Assembly (NCBI GenBank): GCA_050084985.1
Contig: JBITNC010000002.1
Location: 5,208,001-5,272,000, forward strand
DNA: 64,000 nucleotides
DNA from: Nageia nagi
Taxonomy: Eukaryota > Plantae > Pinophyta
Direction of reading: 5' to 3'
The stretch's first letter is position 1. Every line of letters starts with the position of its first letter. Made by a program: the position numbers and the translations under genes. A model generated the notes under the pieces. The model worked only from the letters and a program-made list of their open reading frames with translations. It did not search any database and was not told where the DNA came from. Positions 36,202 through 48,900 of the stretch are shown one piece after another.

Positions 36202-38099
36202 AACCATTGTACATATAGTTATTGGATAGTGGATAAATAAATGTTGAGAAACATCTATGGTATATATAGTTATTCTATTCCTTATAAAGATGAGAATTAG
36301 TTGGAAGGGTAACTTATATGGTGTCAAAGGGTGAAAGCTAAGGCAAACCTCAAAGGGTAAGTAGCCTATAAAAGAATGTACTTCTCAATTGTACGTATGC
36401 ACAATATGGGTAAGACTCAAATTTCATCTAGCTAGAGAATAATGATGTTATATCGTCAAACTATGGACCAATGTGAGATTAACAACCTCATTTTTTCCAT
36501 CGATTTATGGATGAAAAGTAGTGGAAAATTTGAGATAAACTCCCAAACATTTCTAAAGGTAACGTCAAAAATATCCCACAAAGCATGGATCACAATTTAA
36601 GATGATGTTGGAAGAAAGTCTAACAAATTATCATACGGAATCAAAAAATAACTAAGCTAAATTATGAGTTGAATAAGTCTTCCAATACGAAATAAACTTT
36701 GTCATCTTACTGAAATAAAGATGATAATTGTTTGGCATATGTATAATAGTTCTATTTGGAATTTAAAAAGTCTCTTAATGATAGACCATTACATGATCAT
36801 TTTATTTCAATAAAATAATAAGATAAAATAGAGAAGCATCAATCTCAATCTCAAAAGGATGAGTTATATCAAGAAGGACCATGATCAAAGTAGTGCAAAT
36901 TTAATGCTTTAAAGTGTTGAAGGTTGTAGTATGAATATCAATCCATATAAAGGAAACATTGAGGAAAATCAACTAATGTAATGGAGCAACAACTTCTATT
37001 AGTAAGCACAAGGAAACTCCTCAAATCTATAAGGGTGGAAGGACATGTCCACTTCTGTAGTACTTCAACCTTCGCAGATTTAATTATGATACCTCGCTCA
37101 TCAATAATGAATCCTAAGTAAGAGATAGATAATTGAGAAAAAATAATATCTGGAGAGCCCTATAAAGAGTTGATGTTATCAAATATTGAGAAAAATATGC
37201 TCCAAATGTTGAAAATGTTCCTCCCAATTCCTAGATAAAATAAAAATATGATCCAAGTAAATGATAAAAAATAGATCCAAATAGTCACAAAAAACTCCAT
37301 TCATCATCCTCGTGAAAGTGGCAGGAGCATTAGTTAGCCCAAAATGCATTACAAGCCACTCAAAGAGACCAAAGTGTGTTTTGAATGCTATCTTCCCAGT
37401 ATATTATGGTTGCACTCGAATATGATGATTATCATTCTTAAGAACTAATTTGAAAAGAATTTGGTACCTTATAATTGATCAATTAAGACATCAATGCATG
37501 GAAGAGGGTACCAATTCTTGATTATGATTTTTTCAATGCTTGAAATTTAATGCATAAATGTTAAGTATAATATATTTTAAGGATCAAAAGGATAGAAGAT
37601 GCCAAATAAGAAACAATGGATTTTTATGAATCCTTTAGGTAATAAGTCTTTAATTTTATTCTTAATTTCTTCATTATGTGTGATAGAATTTCGATAATTG
37701 TGCATTTGGAAGAGAAGCTGCTAAAATTAAATCAATTGCAAGATTACTTACTTTGTTTAGATGAAGTGCAAAAGGTATATGGAAAATATATGAATATGAA
37801 TTAAGAATCTTATCAATATCTACATGATTGATGGCGATGATGTCAATATTGCAAGATGTATCTAATTATGGTCAAAGAAAGATAAGAGGTAGTTCAACAA
37901 CATTATTGACTTCTTTTTTAGCTTATTTGCATGTAAGCATCAAATTCATATTTTTTTAAGGTGAAGTAGTTAAAATTAGGTACTTATGGTTATCTTTCTA
38001 TAATATGTATGTATTGTGAAAGCATCATAATGTGATTTCCTATCATATTGATAGGGTTTACTGATTAGAAGACCATAACAATCCATGTTGGTCACGAAA

Positions 38100-41000
38100 A
38101 GAATAATCTTATCCATAAACTTAAGACCCAAAGAAAAAGCGAAAGTGTAAATATGTGTGATCTATATGGAAAAACCACTATCCTTTTATCCCAATGAATA
38201 TGGGTAAGGATGAGGTTCGATGCAAAGCTTCAAGTTTTTTATGATGGACCTCACAATTAAATTTTTCTATGAGCCATTATCAATAACAAAATCTATAGTA
38301 AATTCATATGTCATATGTGCAAGAGTCAAAAATAAGTTGTCACAAGTATCAAAAGACACAAGACAATGCATCAAGAGAATCTTGTTGAGGCATCCTTACA
38401 ACTCATCATAGGTATTATTTTCACCATTGGACTCAATGAGGGTTGTTAACTACTTTTTATTTCTAGGGGAAAAAGGGGACAATAGGGATCTAAGATCCTC
38501 CTTTTAACGAGGTGGTGCTCAATGTGTTTGCTTAGTGTTAATGGATTGTATCAAGGCTTATGTTCTTTTTCTCACAATCTTTCCTATAGTTAGATTAAAT
38601 ACTTACTCCACTAGTTCCAAAAAAGTAACTAATTACTTAATATTTGTAACTCAGATGCATTAGAATTGCTCAAGTTATTCAAGTTACGAGAAAGATAGTA
38701 ACATGTTTCACACAAGTATCTCTTCACTTATTGGATGGATATTTTTGTATTTTTTATATTTTTCACCTTTTCCTCTAAATGTGCAAAGATTTAGTTTATT
38801 TCCATCATAATTTTTCTTACCCTTGAATTAAATGACCATTCCAATAATTCTAGAAAAGTAAACAATCACTTAACCATTTTAACCAAGATGAAGAATTATT
38901 TGCCAATTTAATCAAGTTATAAGTAAGAAGTGATAAACTCAAAGTAAATTATCTTGCACTTATTCTCTTTTACTTCTTATTCATGAGAACTTAGTTTCTT
39001 TAATGAGGTATTATACTGCATAGCTTGAATAATACATCATATTTCTTTCACTAACTCAAACGTTGATTTCTTTTTAAATTCATGAAAAGATAGCATTATC
39101 TAAGTATAAGAAATGAATTACTACGTAGACTTGAAATTCATCTCATTACTCAAATAAGTATCAAAGAAACAAGCATTCATAAGCAAGATGCAAAAGATAC
39201 TATCTTATATTGCAGAAGATTCAAAGTACAATTTTCAAAATTTAGAGTACCAACGAGAGGGTTACAAATGAGGCTCCTTCATATTTAAATAGTACTCAAA
39301 AGTATTTAGGTTTAAAACAAAACCCTAACTTCTTTGGAAACCCTAATTTTAGAACCATCATTATTTGGCTGTCTAAAAATTAGCCAACCCAAAAAGAGAC
39401 TAAGTCTAGAAAATAAGACACAAAAATTAGACTAACTTTGGATATCAAGGGGACAAAATTTCTAACACCCTTAATTCCATTTACAATGCTGTTGAAAACA
39501 TAAATAATAAACTAATCTTCAATTCGTTGTCGATGGAGGAGGAAATAGAGCTATCATGTCTACAACCTTTGTCTTGATATCTCCCCCTAAGAAGTTTTAA
39601 ACTCTATCATGCCCCTCCAACAATCCTTGTTATTGGCAAATTGCTTACCCTATTGCCCAATTTGTAATCTTTTGATGTGCAATTTTAAGTTGGCAATCCA
39701 AGAGAGATAGCACTCATATGCTCCAAGAACTTCTTTTCAATATTCTGATTTCAATTTCTTCTCTAAGAGTTTTGTTAAGCTTTCTTTGACCTTCTCATCT
39801 TGAAAAATATGAAGATTAATTTAGCCATCATTTCGAGACAAGACAAAAAGCATTATTTTATCAAAATTTTCATTTTCTTAAAATTACTCATTTTCCTTTA
39901 GTCGCATCGAGTTAAGAACATAAGTGGGAGCGACTAGTAAAAATCGCATAAGTCATTTCGAGATGAAGTTAAAAATGATGTGATAATATGAAATGCATGG
40001 TCGCTTCCAGTTGATTGTCAACATGATGTGACTACACTATGCCTTAGTTACTTTGAATTAGAACTCTAAATCATGTGACAACTAAACCTTGAAATCACTT
40101 TGAGATAAACTTCAATTTAGTGTGACAACCAAATGCCTTAGAAGTTTTCCATGTGTTTAGTCGTTATAGGTCAAAAAGAAAGGTGATGCAATAAACACAA
40201 TGCATGGTCACTGTGAAGCAAATATTAACCCAATGCAACAAATGAATGACTAAGTTGATACAAAGTGGAGCTTAACCCACAACGATAGAAGAAGGTCATG
40301 GTTGCTTTGAGGTCAAGGTTGATTCCTTGCAACAAGTAAGCATTTGTGGGGCCAAATCAAAATCTACATCAATGCAACTTAGGAAAAGATGTTCTCAATT
40401 AAGCTAAGTCCTTACGAACCTAATTACTCAAGTTGGCTCAAAACAAGTCACAAGGAGTGGATGAGGTAAGGGAACCTCTTAGTTACTACAGTTTAGTCCT
40501 CAACACCTTGCAATAATGGTAGTTGCTTCAACTCAAAACTTGACTCAACGTGATAATAGTTACTCCTTGATCGCTCTAGCTTGAAGACCTATACACTCTG
40601 ACAAGGGCACAAATAAGATGCTAAGTGATAAATAATAGATAGTTTGACTATTTATAGACGAAAATGATGCTAAGGGACACATGGTGGCAATCAGGTTATC
40701 ATTTCCCTAGATCATATGGTGAAAGAGTGACGAGCAGGAGGCCTTAGGCAAGATGAGTTGATGTCAAAGTCGACACGACCAATCACTCCGAGGTTAGACT
40801 TTAAGTGAATGTGATAAGAGTGAAATCATTAGTTGTTGTGGGTTGGATCTCATGTGGATGCGATTGAAGGAGATGTTAAGTTACACTGAATTGAATTTTA
40901 AGCTGATGTGACCAAAGAAAAAGACTAAGTCACTTCTAATTTGATGTCTAATTGGGTGCGATAATGGAAATAAAAAGATAGTTAGAATTCATCACTTTTA

Positions 41001-43174
41001 GCTCTGATTTTGAAAAGTAAGATCATTTTGGTTTTCAGGTCATGATGAGAACCAAGTTTCACTTTTCAATGTTTAGAATGAGCACTTGGCTTCGAAAGAG
41101 AGATTTTGATGCTTGTCATTCAACAGTTGAGTAGGATCAAGTTCCACTCGTGTTTAGGGTAGGTGCTTGCAATCAAACTTAGAGGATGGTATTTAACGAT
41201 TTCATAGAAATTGATTTCCATGTTAATGTTCATAATATGTACTTGCCTCTAAAGTAAAAGATACTACCCAATGATCCAAACTCTTTTTGTGATAAAAAGA
41301 TGTGATCTTGACAACTTCGTTATTTTTTTGGATTTTTGATTATTTAATTTTTAGGTGTTTTTTGTTTAATTAAAATAAACAACAAAACTTTGTTAAGATG
41401 CCTAAATCGAGGAAAAAGTTGAAAAAATTTATTGATCAAAAATTGGGTGGTAACAAGGGCATCATGCGCTCTTTCATTATTCATTTATAAAAATAAAGTC
41501 TTATTCTTTTTTAATGTAAAATATTCAAACTTGTCATGTCCTCTCTTTTTATAATAGCAAAAAATCTTGTCATTTCATGAAGAAGAAGAAGAAGAGGGAG
41601 AGAAAGGAGAACAAGAACCAATTTTATCCTTTGAAGAATTATCTTAACCTGAAGAAGGTGACTTATAGAACTTGGAAGAATTCTGCGAGTTGGATGAACA
41701 AGTAGGTGCTTTGGAAGCAAGGTATTTCTCCTCAATTAATTATGCATGATTGAAAGCTACATCAATTATGTTAGAATCTAAAAACTTTATCTCACAAAAT
41801 AAAGGTTCTATCAAGATACTCTTGCATTTAATAATTAGATCGAATTTAGATTACTCCCTTTGCAACCAAATCCTTAGACGATTGAAGTTGATGTAATCCA
41901 TAATGGATTGTTGGTATCCTTGTTAAAGTTGAAACTATTAAACTTGAAAGTAATCTTCATAATTTGGAACCTTGTAAAATGTATTACCTGATAATGAGAT
42001 TAAATCATTATAAGATGTGAGAGTTTGCTCATGGATGACCATCTTTATGATCCTAGTAAGTTTGATAAGAGCAAATGGAATTTTCATCATTCAAAATTTT
42101 ATTGAAATCAAACCCAAGTCTCCATGTTAAGGACTCAAGAGCTTAAAATATCAGCATCCTGAACTCCACTACTCCATTATAGACTCACACTTCGCATTTG
42201 GCTCATCAAGCAATTGATTTGGCAGTACCAATACCACCAAATTTGATGGCCAAATACGCCACAATGGTGATGATCTCGATGACTTTGTTGGTCAAGGTAG
42301 TTGTCGCCATGGTTTGGGAATATGCGATTGCCTCAATGTGACATCAAAGATCTCGCAATAATAGAAGAATCAATTCAAGTGATGGTCTGCATAAAGATAT
42401 TTTGTTATAGAAAAGAAAATGGTGAGTGTCAATAGCTTACATCCTCTCTATTATAAGCTAGATGCCTTCGTGTAAGTCTGATGAGGAGGGTTGTGTGCAT
42501 GAAAAGAAGAGAAATAACATAGAGAATCATAATATATGTAGCTTTTGTTAGTTTTGAGTTGTAAAGAGAAACTAGAGAAAGGTGTGTGTGGTAGAGATGT
42601 AGCCACAAGGGAATGAAGCATGCCCCAAAGAGCATATATCGTCAAGGTCAACACTTCACCCATGGAAATGGAGTGCAGAGGTGAGGAATTCCATGCAAGC
42701 CTAATAGATAAAATGCACACCCAAAAAAATCTTATGTCAAATAGGGAGAAATGTGGTAACACATTGTTACATAGAAGCCCATGTGTATCAGTAGAGAAGT
42801 AACCCAGAAGAGGCAGGAATAACAACACGTCTGAGCCCTGGAAGCATGACGATCTAGCATAGATCATTAAAGGTAACACAACCACAAAAAATGTTTTGGA
42901 GTGCATCTCTCAGCAAATAAGTGATGCATGAAAGTGCAAGATCTAATAACATACGTACAATAGATTATTAATTCACAGCTGAGATGTGAAAATCTATAGT
43001 ATGTCCACCAATCCAAAATGTTCAAGTGAAGAACAAATTTTATGAAACAAATTAATTCACAACGAGCTGGAAGGCCACATGCACAAAAAATAAATTCCTC
43101 GAAAGTCAAGATCTAAACATATATCCAAAGGAAATAAAATAGAGAGCCACAAGAGCGAAAATGCTCTTATATCA
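38100..43174 (-). mobile_element. Decayed chromovirus/CRM-like Gypsy remnant (PBS, gag, protease) split by a 3-kb solo LTR
   Basis: Protease IDFVIDNGS*KNLIVRSIIKNLKLCIEPHPYPYSLG (~38190-38298); decayed knuckle CYYKKRGHDKFE (~41520-41560); tRNA-Met PBS-like gctcttatatca (10/12 to gctctgatacca) at 43163-43174. Confidence 0.6.
38444..41455 (-). mobile_element. ~3.0-kb solo LTR (Tat/Ogre-type terminus)
   Basis: Ends TGTTAAC...GGTAACA with 5-bp TSD AGGGT/AGGGC. Minus-strand start is TGTTACCACCCAATTTTTG. TATA-like tract near 39280; internal degenerate tandem repeats ~39850-40970; no coding domains recognised. Confidence 0.7.
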
Positions 43175-43699
43175 CTGGCGAGGGCTCAAAAACTACGTAC
43201 CTTGCATTCCAAAAGTAATAGAATAAATAGCTTACAATATGTTGTATTTGGGAGAATCTTACAGCTATGTGGAAGATATCTCAACCAAGAGCAAACTCAT
43301 TAAAAATAATAAAGCAATAGGGGAGATAATATACTAACAACTATTATGCAAATTGCTAACCCCAAATAAACTTCCAATAACATAGATATCTAGTTTATTA
43401 TTTTCTAACATATGCATTAATTATTATTCTTCATTAAAGAGAATATTGAAAAGTAATATTCAAGTTCAAAAAATAGACATGTAAAATATCAAAAGAAAAT
43501 GGAAGAGCAATTTGAGAATTGATTGCGTTATTCATGAAAAAGCTTCACATAAATAGCAAGTGCATACAATATGAGCTAGAAGATCTCATCCATACAAGAT
43601 GAGTTGTCTTGCTCCAATAAAGGGAATATCTAAATATCCTAGTAGATAAATAAGGTAATAAATATACTCTTAACATATCAAAACATGCCTTTTGTTATT

Positions 43700-45390
43700 A
43701 GAACAAAACACAATCTGGATATGTTGACATTGAAAATCATACTCGTATCATTACTGTAATGGTGCCTCTTGACACCACCTATCCAAGGATCTATTATACT
43801 CTTGTACATGGTTGAATGGTTTTAATTTTTTTTCTTTTTTTTGCAATATCTTTCATAATCATAAATATCAATATTATTATCATGCGTAATTGTGGGAATT
43901 TTTTATGATGTATTTGGGTTACTAGATTCAAATATCAATTTGTCAAGGTGCTTGAGGTGTCAGATCAACTTGTTTGGGGTCTTATCCAATTCGTAGGGCA
44001 TAAAAAAATCATTTAGACTAGTGCTAAATTGTATTATAGACATAAGTCAATTATTAATTTATTTTATTTTAGATAGTCTACATTTTTGTGAACTCAACTA
44101 TTTCAATGGTTCTTTTGTAAACCCTAGGGTTTATTCATAGAATTTGGTGCAGATCTAAGAGTAGAATGAAATCGTTAATGATTTTATTTGCATACATGTT
44201 GCAATGTCTCAAAATACAGATATCATGTATTAGCTACAATTATTCTTAGCTAACCCTGATATTATGAAAGAAGTAGTGACTACTTTGGATTATTCGGATC
44301 TCATCAATTAGAATCTTTCGAATGGAAAACAAAGTTAAGAAATCCAAAATTAGAATATTGTAGCAATTAACAAGGATTTGGTAAATCTCATATCTAAAAT
44401 AGATAACAAAAAGAAGGGTGAAAGTCTTGATGGCTCTTTTGATAATGAGATCCTCAACTATCTTATTCCACCTTAATACAAGAACCCCAAGTTTGGCATT
44501 TTCAATGGTAAAGGAGATACAATGTAGCATATAATTAATTTCATAAAGGAATATTTTCTAAAGTTGGAGAGTAATTATAAAACATTTATGGTGAAAGCTT
44601 TCCCTAAAAGCCTCAAAGATGATGCAGCTAAGTGGTTCTCTAAGCTACCAAATAGATCCATCACCTCACTCAATAATATTGTCAAAATGTTCATGAATCA
44701 TAATACCAAGCACATAATGAAAGTGGTAGATATTTGTACTTTGCATCAAGCATCAAATAACAAATTGGAAAAGTTTATCCTTCTCTTCTTGAAAAGGTAT
44801 GATAATGCATGAAATATAAATTAGATGAAGATGAGATTAATAACATTTTTGCAAATGCTATTTTTCCACCATTATAGTCAAAGCCATATATTACATATAG
44901 CAAGGGTTTGACATAATGACAAAAAAAAAATAGCAAAGAAAAATATTTTAATAGAAACTAGGGTGTTAAAGTGTGGATCTAGATAAACTATAAATGCAAA
45001 AGAAGGAAAGAAGTTATATGTTAAAAAGGAAAGCTATATAGTTAACATTGTTGAAGCTCCTGATCTCACAAGATCTTCTATTAAAAAATAGGAAGAAGAA
45101 TAAAAAAAGAAATCCATGCTTTAGAAAACATAGTATGTATTTATCTACCACATTGATTTTCTTTTTCTTTCCTTTTATTTGAAAAAGAAAAGAGAGAGAG
45201 AACATCTTGTAGTGAAAACCATCATATGCGCTACAAGCACAAAGGTGAAGATGAGAACTAGTCTTGGTTGGCTCTCTATATTTGGAAAAATAAATCCATT
45301 TGTAAAAACTAGCTTGGTATCACAAATCAAAAAGTCTCTTAAAAACCAAGAAATTAAGAATAATCACTTACAAAAAAATACAAAACAATA
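43700..45390 (+). mobile_element. Gypsy remnant: 3' part of an LTR followed by gag
   Basis: LTR-like segment ending ...tagtctaCA at ~44081; gag PP*YKNPKFGIFNGKGD and KAFPKSLKDDAAKWFSKLPNRSITS (retrotransposon gag pattern). Confidence 0.7.
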
Positions 45391-45394
45391 AGAG

Positions 45395-45969
45395 TGTTGA
45401 TGTTATTATTTTTTCATGATGAACATCGATGATGTTGCTCCAAACTACTAAAGATCATCAAGGAAGATTTTGAAGGAACTAACACTAACAAGATAATTCC
45501 TAAACAACCAAGATCTCTTAAAAGATCATAATTACATCTAACTATCACACGAAGCAATCTCACAAAGATAACACAAGATGTAAGTGGTTCCTCCAATTAG
45601 GAGTACATCCACTAACTAGATCTTTACTTCAATCACAAATACAACTCTTTTACAATCCTCCTAATCTCATCTCCTAAACTTTTATCTTATAGCATAACTT
45701 AACTCCACAATTGGTGTGTGATCACAAAGAGGGAGCCTTTTATTTATAGGCCAAAATCTCTCTTTGAATCACCCTTTTATCCAATGTACAAAAGCATGAC
45801 ATGCACATCTTTTACCCAAGGGGCATGCTCAAAACATGGAGTGTAGGACAAGTTACATTATCATATTCACTTAAAAACTTAAGGTATCAAATGATACCCT
45901 TAAGTATTAGTGAACTTACATAGAAGATTTAATACAAACCTTTACAATAATGCATTATGCATTCCAACA
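45395..45969 (-). repeat. 3' LTR of the Copia element (575 bp)
   Basis: Minus strand TGTTGG...TCAACA, immediately preceded by the polypurine tract TTAAGGGGGAG (45970-45980). Confidence 0.85.
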
Positions 45970-48900
45970 CTCCCCCTTAATGCAATATTGGGATAAAGCG
46001 AATAAGAGAGAAGAAAAAGAGAAAGTAAGAGAGTTCTTCTCCAAACAGATACAATGGAGATGAGAACTTTTTACATATTTGAAGAAATATCTAGTTTAAG
46101 ACTCACTACTTTGCCAAATACAATCATTAACCATAACCAGTTTCAATGTACATGAAGTAGTCATCTAACTAGAAGTTATGAAGAGTTTGCATACCTGAGG
46201 TAAGTAACTTGCAATCTCAAAGGAACCTATAAGTCATAAGCAGCTCAAATAACAAGATCAGTTAGATGCAACATATTCATCTCATCAAAGATAGATGAAT
46301 CACACAAATGCCATCACGAATTGATTAATGGTGCACTATAAGTCATCACGAAGATGCCATGCTAAAAAGTTATAGTCACCTACTATATATAAAACATGTG
46401 TTGATTATCATAACAAAATAGAGAGTGCACATACGAGTTCCTCTCATATGGATAACTGAATAGTGTTTCCTCACACATGGTTAATTGAATAGTGCTAGAT
46501 TGATCAAACATAGAGCATGCACATATGAGTTTCTCACATATAGATAACTGAGCAGTGCCAAAAGACACATAAGATTTTCTCATACATGGATAATTGAACA
46601 ATGCTAGATTGGCCAATTTGTACAATAAGTTCTTCATGCAGAGAGAACTTACCACGAAGTTGTACAATAAAATCAACACTATACAACATAAAATCTTACT
46701 AGGGGTGAAGTTGTCATCACAAACATGAATTCAACATAAGAAATCAAACTTCATTCCCTCTTGAAGGTAACTTCACCAACCCGATAGCATCCTTAAGCTT
46801 ATAGAATTGAGCTTCTAGGAGGGAATTGGTGAATAAATCAATGGAGTTCAAGGTGGATGGACAATACTCCATGTGCATGATGCCATCTCCTCCCTAATAA
46901 AATGGGCATGGATTTTCACATGTTTTATTCTTTTATGGAACATATGATTCTTAGCCAATGAAATAACCGATTGATTTTCTAAAGAGATCAAAGATGAGTC
47001 ATCTTGCTCATACCTAATTTCTTTTAGCTTCTATGGTGGAAAGAGAAATAGTAGGCTGCTTCTTAGAATCTCAAGAGATAGCACCTAAACCAATGCTAAA
47101 CACATATGCAAAGGTTGATTTCCTATCATCTCTATCTCCCCTATAGTCAAAATTTGAGAATCCAAAGAGAACAAATGAGGGTAACTTAGAATACTTGAGA
47201 GCAAGATCCTTAGTCCCTACAGCATACCTCAAGATTTACTTAACAGCATTGAGGTATTCAACATATGGTTTTTGCATGAATCATACCATCAGATTCACTA
47301 CAAAGGTAATATCTAGCTTGGATATAGTCAAATACAAAAGACTACCAATTAATTTCCTATAAGCTATAGCATCAGCTAACTGAGAGTTGGAACTTAGAGA
47401 AATAGTAATTCTAGGAGAGACTAGGATTGTAACATATCTGCACTCCTCCATTCCAAATTTCTACAAAATATATGATATATACTTAGATTGACTGAGGTAA
47501 GTACAATCTTTGTATTGATACACTTGCATTTCAAGATAGTAATGCAAGAGACCAAGATCAATCATTTTAAATATTGCCTTAAGTTTGGATATGTACTCTT
47601 GAATGATTTCATCATTATTTCTAGTAATCAAAAGATCATCCACATAAAGGAGAATCAAGACCATGTCTTTTCTTTGATTGAGCACATATATATTGGAGTC
47701 AAAAAAATACTTAGAGAAACCACTATCTGCAAAGTACCATGAAATCTTTCTATACCAAAATTAAGGTGCTTTCTTAAGTCCATACAATGACTTCTTTAGC
47801 TTGCACACAAAGGACTCTTTGACTTCCATAATAAACTCTTCTGGTTAATTAATGAAGATTTCCACATCTAAGTCACCATTGAGAAATGCACTTTTGATGT
47901 CAAGTTGAAATACTTTCCATCTTTAAGCTGTAAAAAGAGCAAGGATAACTCTCATAGTATGCATGTTTGTAATGGGAGCAAAGGTTTCCTCATAATCTAC
48001 ATTGTATTTCTAAGCAAAACCTTTAGCTACTAACCTTACCTTGTATTTCTTAATATCTTCAAATGAATTGAACTTGACCTTGTAGATCAACTTATTACCA
48101 ATCATATTCTTCTCATTGGGATAAGGAACCAAGTCTCAAGTTTTATTTTTTATAAGCACCTCATACTCCACTTTCATAGATTCTATCCAGCACTCATGTT
48201 TTGAAGCTTCTTTGAAGGTTGAGAGCTCATGCTTGTTGTCAATCTTGGTAAATAAGGATTTGTTCAAGTCATGCTTCTTGTTACCTTTTATGTTGGAAAA
48301 TTTTGTTCCTGAGGTGACTTGTTTATACTAATATCTAACTAGCTAAGTGCAACTAAAGAGTCCTTTGGATCATCAACATCCTCATTAGAAGCAAATTCTT
48401 CAAAAAGTTCATTGAACTTTACATCCTTTGAAATGAATACTGCTTTATAGGTTGAAGAGTAAAACTTGTATCCTCTATGTTGACTATCATAACCCATAAA
48501 AATGCATTTTTCAACTCTTTTATCCATCTTCTTCCTTTTCTCATAAACAATGTAGGAGAATGCTTCATAGCCAAACACCCTAAGGTGAGAAATGTTAAGT
48601 TTTATTCCTAACCATGCCTCAAAAGGAGTTTTACTTTGAATGGCTTTTGTGGGACACCTATTCAAGGTGTCAATAGCAATGCTCATAGCTTCACTCCACA
48701 AAAAAATAGGAAGATTACCCAACATGCATCTAACCATCTCCATAATTATTCTATTTTTCCTTTCGATAACATCGTTCTACTGAGGAGTGTAAGGAATTGT
48801 AAACTACCTCTTGATTCTATACTTAGCGCAATAGTCATTGAATTCATTGCTATTATATTCTTCTCCATTATCTGATCTCAACATCTTGATTTTAAGGTTA

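Noticed and set aside
36300-38050. Possible eroded transposon coding sequence
   Set aside because: Only isolated weak motifs; no family could be assigned by eye.
42867-43109. ILDWWTYYRFSHLS resembling the hAT dimerisation domain
   Set aside because: The downstream LAIPxSxxxSExxFS motif is absent and no other hAT features were seen.
46420-46640. Short spaced repeats (catg/atggataa(c/t)tgaa...) superficially like a CRISPR array
   Set aside because: Degenerate tandem repeats in the Copia 3' non-coding region, in eukaryotic context, with no unique spacers or cas genes.
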